The position numbers and the translations under genes are program-made. 64,000 nt of DNA from Gammaproteobacteria bacterium (GTDB lineage: Bacteria > Pseudomonadota > Gammaproteobacteria > Steroidobacterales > Rariloculaceae): contig DASVCR010000078.1 of the NCBI GenBank assembly GCA_036381515.1, forward strand, positions 14,371-78,370, written 5' to 3'. Positions 1-8,611 of the stretch are shown piece by piece; the first letter of the stretch is position 1; each line of letters begins with the position of its first letter. The notes beneath the pieces are model-generated. The model did not search any database, was not told where the DNA came from, and worked only from the letters and a program-made list of their open reading frames with translations.

Positions 1-201
1 GTGTGCGGCGCGGCCACGTTTCCGCGCGGCGGCGCGGTGCCGCCCGCCCTGACGGTCGCGGCGCTCGCGCATCGGCTCGCCGAGCACATCGCCGCGCGCG
101 TGCGATGGTGCGCAAGGGCGACCCCGAAGCCGCCGCACACGCCGGCCGCCGCGACCGTGGCCGCGCCGATTCCGCTCGTGCGCCGCCGGCCGCAGCCGTA
201 G
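1..201 (+). CDS. 3' end of an unidentified CDS (partial, enters from upstream of the window)
   Basis: Frame is open from base 1 to TAG at 199-201. Third codon positions are >90% G/C, like the verified genes here. No recognisable domain in the 66 aa. Confidence 0.3.
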   Translation: MCGAATFPRGGAVPPALTVAALAHRLAEHIAARVRWCARATPKPPHTPAAATVAAPIPLVRRRPQP

Positions 202-1737
202 CTATACGGCCGCGAGGAGCCGCTCGACCTGATCGCGTCGGACGGGTTTCAGCAGGAACTCGTCGAACACGTCCGCGTCGCCGGGAATCGCGCGACCCGT
301 CAGCGCAACGAGCCGCGGCGCATGTGCGCCGAGCTGTCGGCGGATGCGCTCCGCGACCTCCTCGCCGCCGATGTCCGGCAGGCCGATGTCGACGATCACG
401 AGATCGAAGTCGTGCTCTTCGATCTCGTGCATCGCGCTCTCGCCGTCGTACGCGACGCTCACGTCGTGGCCGAGCGACTTGAGCAGCAGCGCGAGCGCAT
501 CCGCGCTGTCCGCATCGTCCTCGATGACGAGCAGATGCAGCACGCGTGCGAACGCCTGCGGCACCTCGTGCTCCGAGGTCGGCGCCTCCGCGAGCGGCAG
601 GCAGACCTCGAACTCGGCGCCCTGCCCGACCCCGGCGCTGCGCGCGCTGATGCGCCCGCCGTGCAGCCGCGTCAGGTTGTCGGCCATCGCGAGCCCGAGG
701 CCGAGCCCGCGCGACCCGGCGGCGTGCGGCGCCGCGTCCTGGAAGAACGGCTCGAACACATAAGGCACGATCGACGGCTTGATGCCGTGGCCGTCGTCGG
801 TCACCGTAAGCCGCGCCTCGCTGCCGGAGCAGACGGCGAGCCGGATCCTTCCGCCCTCCTCCGTGTACTTGAAGGCGTTGTCGAGCAGGCTCTCGACGAT
901 CTGCGTGAGGCGCAGCGGGTCGCCGCGAACGAGCACCGGGTGCTTCGGCGTGAAAAGCGCGAAGTCGCGCCGCTTCGCCGCGGGATCGAACGTCTCGACG
1001 CTGCGGCGCGCGATCGCGCGCAGATCGACGGCGACCGCTTCGAGCCGGATCTTGCCGCGCTGCACGCGAGCGACGTCGAGAAGCTGGTCGAGCAGCCTCG
1101 ACAGGTGACGCAGCTGCCTGCCGATCACCTCGGCGCCCCACCGCGTCTGCTCGGGCGCGAGCGCGTCGCCTGCCATCGAGAATATCTCGGCCACGTAGCC
1201 GATCGAGTTGAGCGGATTGCGCAGCTCGTGGCCGAGCATCGCGAGATACTGATCGCGGAGCCGGACGTCCTTGTTCAGGCGGGCCAGCAGGTCGCGCACC
1301 TCGTACTGCCGGCGGCGCGACTTCAACGCGGAGCGGAGCGCGCTCGCGAGCGAGACCGCCGGGACGGGCCGATGCAGCAGCACGAGCTTCACGCGTGCGT
1401 GCAGCTCGAACTCCTCGAGCGCCGCGAGCGCCGCGTGCGGCGCGTCCTCGGTGAAGAGCACGATGACGGGCAGCTCCGACCACTTGCGCTGACGGTCGAG
1501 CACGCGGCGCAGCTCAGCGAGCCCCGTATCGAGCACCGCGTCGGACAAAAGCGCGGCGCCGGCACCGGCCGCGATCGACCTCGCGAGCTCGGGCACGTCG
1601 CGCACGAAACGAAGCTCCGCGTGCGCCTTGTCCGCGGCGGAGCGCGCGAGCTCCTGGTCGTCGCCGTCCCCGACGAGCACGAGAACGCGGTGGTCCGCCT
1701 CGCTCCGCCTTCGGCTCGCCCGTGCGCGACGTGCCAT
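202..1737 (-). CDS. Cytoplasmic hybrid sensor histidine kinase (REC-like N-domain, HisKA, HATPase_c, C-terminal receiver)
   Basis: H-box MLGHELRNPLNS; G-box GLGLGLAMADNLTRLHGG; receiver LLVIEDDADSADAL..DLVIVDIGLPD..LLKP. No TM segment. Start set at ATG 1737 (MARRARAS) because the upstream part of the 636-aa ORF is Arg/Ala shadow sequence. Confidence 0.85.
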   Translation of the reverse strand: MARRARASRRRSEADHRVLVLVGDGDDQELARSAADKAHAELRFVRDVPELARSIAAGAGAALLSDAVLDTGLAELRRVLDRQRKWSELPVIVLFTEDAPHAALAALEEFELHARVKLVLLHRPVPAVSLASALRSALKSRRRQYEVRDLLARLNKDVRLRDQYLAMLGHELRNPLNSIGYVAEIFSMAGDALAPEQTRWGAEVIGRQLRHLSRLLDQLLDVARVQRGKIRLEAVAVDLRAIARRSVETFDPAAKRRDFALFTPKHPVLVRGDPLRLTQIVESLLDNAFKYTEEGGRIRLAVCSGSEARLTVTDDGHGIKPSIVPYVFEPFFQDAAPHAAGSRGLGLGLAMADNLTRLHGGRISARSAGVGQGAEFEVCLPLAEAPTSEHEVPQAFARVLHLLVIEDDADSADALALLLKSLGHDVSVAYDGESAMHEIEEHDFDLVIVDIGLPDIGGEEVAERIRRQLGAHAPRLVALTGRAIPGDADVFDEFLLKPVRRDQVERLLAAV

Positions 1738-2032
1738 GTGCGTCGAGGCGGCGATCTGATCGGCGTCGTTCACGAAGGATCGCTCCGTCGGTGGATGCGG
1801 GAGCGGCGGCGCGGCGCTCGCGCTGCCTGCGTTCGAAGATCGGGCATTACGCCAAACCCGAGGCGCCGTGCGCAAGCGTGACGGCGGCGCCGCTCGGTCA
1901 CACGTGGCCCCGTGAGGCGGTCGCGCCCGATGTTGCGCGAGGGCCGCGTCGCCGTCCGGCAACCCTGCGCACTGCCGTCCCGCCCGAGCCTCGGCGCCGC
2001 TCGTTCGTCGTCCCCATTTCGTGTTGGCTCGA

Positions 2033-3748
2033 TCAGTGTTCCGCGCCCTCGGCCGGCACCGTGTAGCGGCGGCGAACTGCCGCCGCGATCTTCTCGCGGC
2101 TCGCGCGCGCATCGAGCGCGTCGTCCGCTTCTATTTTCGCGGCTTCGCGTGCGAGCGCGTCGTCCTTGATCGCGTCGCGGAACCATGCGGAGTAGTCGCC
2201 CGCCCGCCGATGATGCTCCCACGTGTCGTCGTCGACGCCGGCGGCGAGCTCGACGAAGAGCATCAGATTGTGTGCACGCAGGTTGAGCCGCCCGTCCGGA
2301 CCGCGGAAGTAGAAGCTGCGGTCCTCTCCGAGCCGCCCTTCCGCGTACTTCAGCGTGTGCCGGCGATGCGCTTGCCGCGGCACCCAGGCCTTCACGATCT
2401 GCGGCGCGGCGCCGCGGCGCACGTCGAGCAAGACGACCTCGTCGGGCCCGGGCGCCGGCAGGCTTGCGGGCGCGGCGCGGCCCGTGGCCTCGCAGAAGGC
2501 GCGGATCGCGTCGGCCGCCTGCGCGCCGACGGCGATCACGGTTCCGACCTTCTCGAGCGCGGAGGCCGAGACCGCTTCCGGATGCACCGTGACCAGCACG
2601 ATGGCCGGCAACGCGTCGGGAAGCACGACCGGGAGATCGGCCCGGTTCGCCGGCAGCAGATGGTGGGCTTCGTCGATCAGCAGCCAGTGAGGACGGCCGG
2701 TCCGAGCGCGCAGCGCCGCGATCTTCGGCAGCAGCGCGGCGAAATACTCGGGCCGCTCCTCCGTCGCGAAGCATTGCGTGTTGATCACGACGTTCGTTCC
2801 GCGCTGCTCGAGCAGCTTCAACGCTTCGTCGGTCTGCGGCGCGGTCTGCGCGTCGCCGATCGTCACCGCATGCTCGAGCTCGTCGTAGTCGCCTTCGGGG
2901 TCGAGCACGCAGAACTCGAAGCCGCGCTCCGCCATCCGCTCGGTCAGCGCGGTCGCGAGCCTCGACTTGCCGACACCCGACGTGCCCGCGATCAGCACGC
3001 TGCCGCCGTGCGGCTCGAGCACGACGTCCCGTCCGTCCGCCGCGGTCCCGACCGCGATCGCGTGGCGCTCGGGCACGAGCGTCGAGTCGTCCGCGATCAT
3101 ACGTTCGATGAGCTCGACGACCCCGGCGCCGTGCGCGGCGCCGAGCACGTGGTCGGCCTCGGCCTTCAGCATCGGCAGAGCATTCGCGACGGCTGCGGAG
3201 GCGCCGCACGCGCGCATGAACGCGTGATCGTTCTCCGCGTCCCCGACGCCGATCACGTTGTGCGCGGAGATGCGGAGATCGTCGAGCGCCGCGGCAAGAC
3301 CGGTCGCCTTGTTGACGCCGGCCGGCAGGACCATGACCGCACCCTTGTTGAAGACGATCTGCAGCTCGAGCCCGAGCTCCCGGATCACGTCGAGCACCGT
3401 CTTCTCCTCGGGCTCCCAGGTCGCGACGATCACGCGCCCGACGGACAGCGGCTCGATCCGCCGCGCGCGCAATCGCTCGATGAAGAGCTCGGGCGGCCGC
3501 TCGGCGAGCACGCGCTCCACGCCGGCCGAGGGATCGAACAGCACGGCGCCGTTCTCGGCAACGATGCGGTCGAAAACGTCGACGTCTCGGCAGACGCGCT
3601 CGAGATCGCCGAGCTCGCGCCCGGTCACGAGGATCAACCGTCGCCCCGTGTCCTTCAGCCGGCGGAGCGCCGCGCGGGTGTCTGCAGCGACGACCCCGCC
3701 GTGAGCGAGCGTTCCGTCGTAGTCGGTGGCGAGCGCGAGAAAGTACAC
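2033..3748 (-). CDS. HAD-IIB (Cof-type) phosphatase domain fused to a P-loop NTPase domain
   Basis: N-terminal HAD motifs: ALATDYDGTL (motif I), VTGR, GVGDAENDHAFM (motif IV). Then Walker A GTSGVGKS (2963-2986) and Walker B-like HWLLIDEAHHLLP. About 150-aa C-terminal extension of unknown fold. Confidence 0.8.
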   Translation of the reverse strand: MYFLALATDYDGTLAHGGVVAADTRAALRRLKDTGRRLILVTGRELGDLERVCRDVDVFDRIVAENGAVLFDPSAGVERVLAERPPELFIERLRARRIEPLSVGRVIVATWEPEEKTVLDVIRELGLELQIVFNKGAVMVLPAGVNKATGLAAALDDLRISAHNVIGVGDAENDHAFMRACGASAAVANALPMLKAEADHVLGAAHGAGVVELIERMIADDSTLVPERHAIAVGTAADGRDVVLEPHGGSVLIAGTSGVGKSRLATALTERMAERGFEFCVLDPEGDYDELEHAVTIGDAQTAPQTDEALKLLEQRGTNVVINTQCFATEERPEYFAALLPKIAALRARTGRPHWLLIDEAHHLLPANRADLPVVLPDALPAIVLVTVHPEAVSASALEKVGTVIAVGAQAADAIRAFCEATGRAAPASLPAPGPDEVVLLDVRRGAAPQIVKAWVPRQAHRRHTLKYAEGRLGEDRSFYFRGPDGRLNLRAHNLMLFVELAAGVDDDTWEHHRRAGDYSAWFRDAIKDDALAREAAKIEADDALDARASREKIAAAVRRRYTVPAEGAEH

Positions 3749-3767
3749 GCGTTCGCGCCCTCCCCGC

Positions 3768-4244
3768 TCAGAACTGCTGCTCGAGCTCCTGCTTGCGCTC
3801 CGCCATTCTTTCGCCGAGCTCCTCGAGCTCCTCCTTGCCGAGCGCCTTCTTGGCCTTCGGGAAGATCTCCTTCTCCTCTTCCTCCGCGTGGTGCTCGATC
3901 ATGTCCTTAAGCACCTTGATGCGGCCCGCGAACTCCTCGCTCGAGGGTTCCGTGGTCTCGACATCGGGCAGCACGAGCTCGTCGACGGCGCGATGCTCTT
4001 CCTTCGCTTCGTAGAAGAGCCTCTTGCTCTCCTCGGCTTTCGAGTCGCGGAACGCGGGGTAGAAGATCTCTTCCTCGATCTGCGTGTGGATCAGCACTTC
4101 CTTCTTGAGCTTCTGCAGCAGCTCGCTGCGCTTCTTCGCCGCGCGGTTCGTCGTGCTCGACAGTTGCGACAGCAACTCGCGCACCTTGTCGTGATCCTCG
4201 CGCAGCATATCGGTCGCGTTTATCGCGTGTTGTACCGCGGCCAT
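3768..4244 (-). CDS. Hemerythrin (HHE cation-binding) domain protein
   Basis: MLREDHDKVRELL, HTQIEEEIFYPA, EEHRAVDEL and IEHHAEEEEKEIFP give the His/Glu/Asp ligand pattern of hemerythrin-like domains. Start taken at MAAVQH (ATG 4244). Confidence 0.85.
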   Translation of the reverse strand: MAAVQHAINATDMLREDHDKVRELLSQLSSTTNRAAKKRSELLQKLKKEVLIHTQIEEEIFYPAFRDSKAEESKRLFYEAKEEHRAVDELVLPDVETTEPSSEEFAGRIKVLKDMIEHHAEEEEKEIFPKAKKALGKEELEELGERMAERKQELEQQF

Positions 4245-4346
4245 CTCGCTCGACTCCTCAGTATCGACGTTTCGACGTCGCACGCCTCGGAAGCAAGAGC
4301 CATGCCACGGAGCGAAGCCGAGCGGCCGCAAGGCAGCGCCTCGCCG

Positions 4347-4697
4347 TCAGCGCTCGATCTGGCGACGCAGCGTCGCGAAGCTCACGGGTTTCGTCAGATG
4401 CAGATTGAAGCCGGCGCTGTGCGCCGCGGCACGGTCCTTGTCGCGGCCGTAGCCGGTCAACGCGATGAGCAGCACGCCGCGGAGCTCGGGAAGACGCCGC
4501 GCGCGCCTTGCGATCTCGTAACCGTTCATGCCCGGCAGGTCGATGTCGACGATCGCGGTGTCGGGCTTTCCCGCAACGAGCTTCTCGAGACCATCCGGCC
4601 CCGTCGCCGCGGTGTCGACTCGATGCCCCGATGCCTCGAGCAGCATCCGCAAACCCTCACGTGAATCGTCGTCGTCCTCTACGACCAATATCCTCAT
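4347..4697 (-). CDS. Single-domain response regulator (CheY-like receiver)
   Basis: MRILVVEDDDDSREGL..AIVDIDLPGMNGYEI..LTGYG..HLTKP. Complete REC domain with no output domain. Confidence 0.9.
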   Translation of the reverse strand: MRILVVEDDDDSREGLRMLLEASGHRVDTAATGPDGLEKLVAGKPDTAIVDIDLPGMNGYEIARRARRLPELRGVLLIALTGYGRDKDRAAAHSAGFNLHLTKPVSFATLRRQIER

Positions 4698-4822
4698 CTA
4701 AGCCCGTGCATCGAAGCGGTTGTAAGGAGAGTGCGCAAGAGAGGTTGCCGGCAGCACGCGCGATTCTCACGCATGGGATTCTCGCGGTGCAAGGCGACGG
4801 CGATCGATGGGCAGTGAAACCG

Positions 4823-5203
4823 TCAACGCACGCGAATGGCCGCTTCCCGCGCGCCGCGGTCTCCGACGTAGGTCGCGGAGTGCAAGTCCCGGACTCGCCA
4901 GTGAATCGAAGAGAGCCGGCCGGACCGGCGCGCACCCCATGCTCCCTCGAAGCGGTCGCCGTCGAGGACGATCATCAGATTGAGACCGGCGCGATGAACG
5001 GAACGATCCGCGCGAATCCCGGCAAGCGCGCTCTCGTCCGCGAACGCGAGCAGGTCCCACTCGCTGCCCCGCTCGTCGTCTTCGTTCACGCGCGGACCGA
5101 GCAGCCAGACCTGGTCGATCGACGGATAGGCCTTGCGCAGCCCGTCGAGGTACATGCCGAGCTCCTCGGGAAGCTGGATCGGTCTCGTGACGTCGTTGCG
5201 CAT
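4823..5203 (-). CDS. Hypothetical protein (possible degenerate minimal nucleotidyltransferase fold)
   Basis: ATG at 5203; coding-like codon bias but with more A/T third positions than neighbours. The segment LLGPRVNEDDERGSEWDLLAFAD loosely resembles the GS-X-DxD NTase motif. No firm family assignment. Confidence 0.45.
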   Translation of the reverse strand: MRNDVTRPIQLPEELGMYLDGLRKAYPSIDQVWLLGPRVNEDDERGSEWDLLAFADESALAGIRADRSVHRAGLNLMIVLDGDRFEGAWGARRSGRLSSIHWRVRDLHSATYVGDRGAREAAIRVR

Positions 5204-5249
5204 TGGCGCCCCCGCCGTTTCGATGCGCCTCGCGCCGCCGGCCGACGCG

Positions 5250-5582
5250 TCAGCCGGCCGCCGCGCGATCGACCTTCGCCGCGAAGTAAAAGTCGCTTTC
5301 GGTCAGCCCGTCGATCTTGTGCGTCCACACTTCGACGGTGCAGCGGCCCCATGCGACGTGCAAGTCCGGATGGTGCTGCTCCGCTTCGGCGATCTCCCCG
5401 ACTCGATTCGCGAAATCGAGGGCTTGCTTGAAGTTCTTGAACTCGAACGTGCGCTCGAGGTGACCGGCCTCGTTCAGCCGCCACGCGCCGTCGAGCTGCT
5501 CGAGAAGCGCCTCCGCCCGGCTGCGCTCGAGCGGGGGGACACCGCCGCGGCACGGCACACACTTCTGGTCCGCCAGGCTCAT
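5250..5582 (-). CDS. phhB: Pterin-4-alpha-carbinolamine dehydratase
   Basis: 110 aa from MSLADQKCVPC; HHPD motif (EAEQHHPDLHVAWGRCTVEVWTH) is typical of PCD/DCoH. ATG verified at 5582. Confidence 0.85.
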   Translation of the reverse strand: MSLADQKCVPCRGGVPPLERSRAEALLEQLDGAWRLNEAGHLERTFEFKNFKQALDFANRVGEIAEAEQHHPDLHVAWGRCTVEVWTHKIDGLTESDFYFAAKVDRAAAG

Positions 5583-5815
5583 GATCGGCCTCCTTGTCGA
5601 TGCTCGTCGGCGCATGCTTCGAAGCGCCGTTTCGGTTTCATCGTACCCGAGTCCGGGCACGGCCTCACGCCGCAAGTTCTGAGCCGCCGGTTTGTAGATT
5701 CTGGGCGGCGAGCACGGGCAGAGCACGTAAGCCGCTGAACGACTGCAGACGCTGCGATGGCATGCATCTTGCTCCGCCTCCCTACTCCCCGACACCGCAT
5801 CCAAGGGCGTTCGAC

Positions 5816-7216
5816 ATGAAACCGATCGGCTGGGCCGTAGGGACGGGGTTCCTCGCCGTCGCTGTCGCGGCCTCATTCACCGTAGCGGGCGCATGGCCGT
5901 TCACCGACGAGAACGACAATCCGACACTTGCGCCGCTGCTCGAGCAGGTGACGCCGGCAGTGGTCAACGTCGCCGTCGCGGCGGCGGCGCCGCAGGTCCC
6001 GCAGAACCCGCTCCTCGAGGATCCGTTCTTCCGCCGGTTTTTCGATCTGCCCGAGGAATTCCAGCAGCCGCCGGTGCCGCAGCAGGGCGTCGGCTCCGGA
6101 GTTATCATCGACGCGGAGCGCGGACTGATCGTTTCGAACAACCACGTCGTGCAGAACGCGGACTCGATCGTCGTGACCCTGACCGATCAGCGCCAGTTCG
6201 AGGCCGAGGTGATCGGCAGCGACCCGCCGACCGACGTCGCCCTGCTCAAGATCGAGGCCGACGGCTTGAGCGAGCTCCAGCTCGGCAACTCGGACGATCT
6301 CGATGTCGGCGATTTCGTCGTCGCAATCGGCAATCCGTTCGGTCTCGGTCAGACCGCGACGGCCGGCATCGTCAGCGCGCTCGGCCGCAGCGGCATCAAC
6401 GTCGAGGGCTACGAGGACTTCATTCAGACGGACGCATCGATCAATCCGGGTAACTCGGGCGGCGCGCTGGTCGGTCTCGACGGCACGCTCAAAGGAATCA
6501 ACAGCGCGATCCTCTCGCCTGCGGGCGGCAACATCGGCATCGGCTTCGCGATCCCGAGCAACATGGTCCGCGAGGTCGTCGATCAGCTCCTCGAATACGG
6601 CGAGGTACAGCGAGGCCGCGTCGGCATCGGCATCCAGGACGTCGTGCCGGGACTCTCCGAGGCGCTCGGGCTCGGGGTCGACCGCGGCGCGCTCGTCAGC
6701 GAGGTCGAGCCGGGCTCCCCGGCCGAGGAGGCCGGCATCGAGGTCGGCGACGTCATCATTGCGGTGAACGGCGAGGAGGTCGCGAACGCGTCGCAGCTGC
6801 GCAATGCGATCGGCCTCGTCCGCCTCGGCGAGACCGTGACGCTCACATACGTGCGCGACGGACAGACGATGGAGGTCGACGTCCGCGTGGGCCCGGCCGA
6901 AGAGACCGCGGCCGCGCCTCAGCCGGGCGGCGAAGAGCAGCCGGAAGGCGCACGGGGGCTCGACGGCGCGGAGCTCGTGACGCTCGATCCGAGCGACCCG
7001 CGTTTCGACGGCCAGAGCGGCGTGCTCGTCGCGAGCGTGCGGCCGAACAGCGCCGCCGCCCGCAACGGCTTGCGCCCGAACGACATCATCACGGCGGTCA
7101 ATCGGACGGAGGTGACCACGGTCGCCGAGCTGACCGCGGCGCTCGAGCAGGCGACGGGTCCCGTCGCGCTGCGGATCGAGCGGATGGGACGACAGCTGTT
7201 CGTGCTGATTCAGTGA
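5816..7216 (+). CDS. Periplasmic serine endoprotease, DegP/DegQ (HtrA, Do) family, two PDZ domains
   Basis: Signal/TM start MKPIGWAVGTGFLAVAV. Trypsin-fold motifs NNHVV, DVALLK, TDASINPGNSGGALV, followed by two PDZ-like segments. Confidence 0.9.
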   Translation: MKPIGWAVGTGFLAVAVAASFTVAGAWPFTDENDNPTLAPLLEQVTPAVVNVAVAAAAPQVPQNPLLEDPFFRRFFDLPEEFQQPPVPQQGVGSGVIIDAERGLIVSNNHVVQNADSIVVTLTDQRQFEAEVIGSDPPTDVALLKIEADGLSELQLGNSDDLDVGDFVVAIGNPFGLGQTATAGIVSALGRSGINVEGYEDFIQTDASINPGNSGGALVGLDGTLKGINSAILSPAGGNIGIGFAIPSNMVREVVDQLLEYGEVQRGRVGIGIQDVVPGLSEALGLGVDRGALVSEVEPGSPAEEAGIEVGDVIIAVNGEEVANASQLRNAIGLVRLGETVTLTYVRDGQTMEVDVRVGPAEETAAAPQPGGEEQPEGARGLDGAELVTLDPSDPRFDGQSGVLVASVRPNSAAARNGLRPNDIITAVNRTEVTTVAELTAALEQATGPVALRIERMGRQLFVLIQ

Positions 7217-7251
7217 CGACCTCGAAGCGGCGAGCGTAAGGAGTGAAAGGC

Positions 7252-7485
7252 ATGCATTGGTCCCCCGACGTGCTGACGGCGATGACGCTGCGCGGCAGAC
7301 GCCTGCACGATCCCGCGGAGCAGAACAGGCAGAGGCAGCCGCAGCGCGCGATGCCGGCTCGGGGCACCCGCCGGTCCGCGCCGAACGAGCCCGGCGGGCC
7401 GAGCGAGCCCGGCGGGCCGGATTACGGCTGCGTCGACTGGTTCGTGTACGACGAGGAGCCCGCCGAGCAGGACAACGTCGTATGA
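7252..7485 (+). CDS. Small hypothetical protein (low complexity)
   Basis: AAGGAG Shine-Dalgarno about 9 nt upstream of ATG 7252; third positions about 90% G/C. Contains the tandem NEPGGP/SEPGGP repeat. No recognisable family. Confidence 0.35.
   Translation: MHWSPDVLTAMTLRGRRLHDPAEQNRQRQPQRAMPARGTRRSAPNEPGGPSEPGGPDYGCVDWFVYDEEPAEQDNVV
7384..7419 (+). repeat. Tandem 18-nt duplication (17/18 identical)
   Basis: aacgagcccggcgggccg / agcgagcccggcgggccg, read directly from the sequence. Confidence 0.9.
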
Positions 7486-7540
7486 GCGCGGCGCCGCAGG
7501 CCGAGCGACGCGCGATGACGTAAACGCCGCACCGTCGGCC

Positions 7541-8260
7541 GTGGTGTCGTCCGGCATTCCCCGAGGACGTTGGCGGGGGCTGCTCCGCTGGGCCGGCGCG
7601 CGGGAGCGCGGAGTGCTCGTCGCGCTGCTCGTCGCGCTCGGCGGCACGTGGCTGTTCGCGGAGATCGCCGACGAGGTGCTCGAAGGCGAGACGCGAGCGG
7701 TCGACGAGCAGCTGCTGCTCCTCTTTCGCGCCGAGCACGATCCGGCCGATCCGCTCGGTCCGCGCTGGGTCGAGGAGACCGCGCGCGACGTCACGGGACT
7801 CGGCGGCATCGGCATCCTGACGTTCGTCACGCTCGCATCGGCGGGCTTCCTCGTGCTGCAGGGCAAGGCGAACCTCGCGCGCTACGTGCTCGTCGCCGTC
7901 GGCAGCGGGATGCTCCTCAGCGTGCTGCTCAAGGCGGGCTTCGATCGCCCGCGGCCGGACCTCGTCCCGCACGGTCAGGCCGTTTATACGAGCAGCTTTC
8001 CGAGCGGCCACTCGATGATGGCCGCGGTCGCGTACCTGACGCTCGGCGCGCTGCTCGCGGGCGCGCAGACGAGCGCGGTGCTGCGCGCGTACCTGCTCGG
8101 CCTCGCCGTGCTGCTCACCGTCGCCATCGGCGTCTCGAGGGTCTATCTCGGCGTGCACTGGCCAACCGACGTGCTCGGCGGGTGGACCGCAGGCGGCGCC
8201 TGGGCGCTCGCATGCTACTCCGTTGCCCGCTATCTTCGCCGCCGGGGCAAGGTGGAATGA
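7541..8260 (+). CDS. PAP2-family membrane phosphatase
   Basis: PAP2 motifs KAGFDRPRP, SFPSGHS, SRVYLGVHWPTDV; multiple TM segments; GTG start. Confidence 0.85.
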   Translation: MVSSGIPRGRWRGLLRWAGARERGVLVALLVALGGTWLFAEIADEVLEGETRAVDEQLLLLFRAEHDPADPLGPRWVEETARDVTGLGGIGILTFVTLASAGFLVLQGKANLARYVLVAVGSGMLLSVLLKAGFDRPRPDLVPHGQAVYTSSFPSGHSMMAAVAYLTLGALLAGAQTSAVLRAYLLGLAVLLTVAIGVSRVYLGVHWPTDVLGGWTAGGAWALACYSVARYLRRRGKVE

Positions 8261-8333
8261 GGGCCGGGCGATGCGCGGGCACGCCGTCGGCCGGGCCGGC
8301 GACCGCGGCCGCCGGCCCGCAACGTCGATCACG

Positions 8334-8549
8334 TCAACGGGTAGGCTTCGTGTAATCGCGCTCGAGGGCCGGATCGTCTTCCTTCGCGCGGCTCAAGCCC
8401 TCCTTCTCGGCGCGCTCGAGCTCCGCGCGCTCCGCGTCGGACAGCGCTTCCGGCTCCTCCTGCACGCCGCGCTCCGCGGTCTTGCGCGCGCCCTCGTTGT
8501 AACGGCGCGCCGCCGTGCGGCTTCCTTCACCTTCATTGCGGTTCGGCAT
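8334..8549 (-). CDS. Small conserved hypothetical protein
   Basis: 71 aa, charged, starting MPNRNEGEGSRTAARRYNEGAR. Good codon bias. The N-terminal motif recalls small stress-associated proteins common in proteobacteria (from memory, not verified). Confidence 0.5.
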   Translation of the reverse strand: MPNRNEGEGSRTAARRYNEGARKTAERGVQEEPEALSDAERAELERAEKEGLSRAKEDDPALERDYTKPTR

Positions 8550-8611
8550 CCCGGTTCCCTCCTCGTGGGCCGTTCGGTCGGAACCGCACTGTCAGCAAGA
8601 TCCATACCACG

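Noticed and set aside
5583-5815. A sigmaE-type promoter upstream of the DegP-like protease (AAGTT...TCTGG).
   Set aside because: The spacing between the candidate -35 and -10 elements (21 nt) does not fit the GGAACTT-N16-TCAAA architecture.
5873-8332. 819-aa minus-strand ORF. Similar very long ORFs occur at 322-1881(+), 1770-3209(-), 2021-3910(+), 8393-10312(-), 26547-28502(-), 31762-33660(-), 36998-38737(-), 45545-47380(+) and 52718-54313(-).
   Set aside because: These are Arg/Ala/Pro/Gly-rich translations with no motifs, lying antisense or out of frame to genes with clear family signatures. They are typical stop-poor shadow ORFs of ~70% GC DNA.
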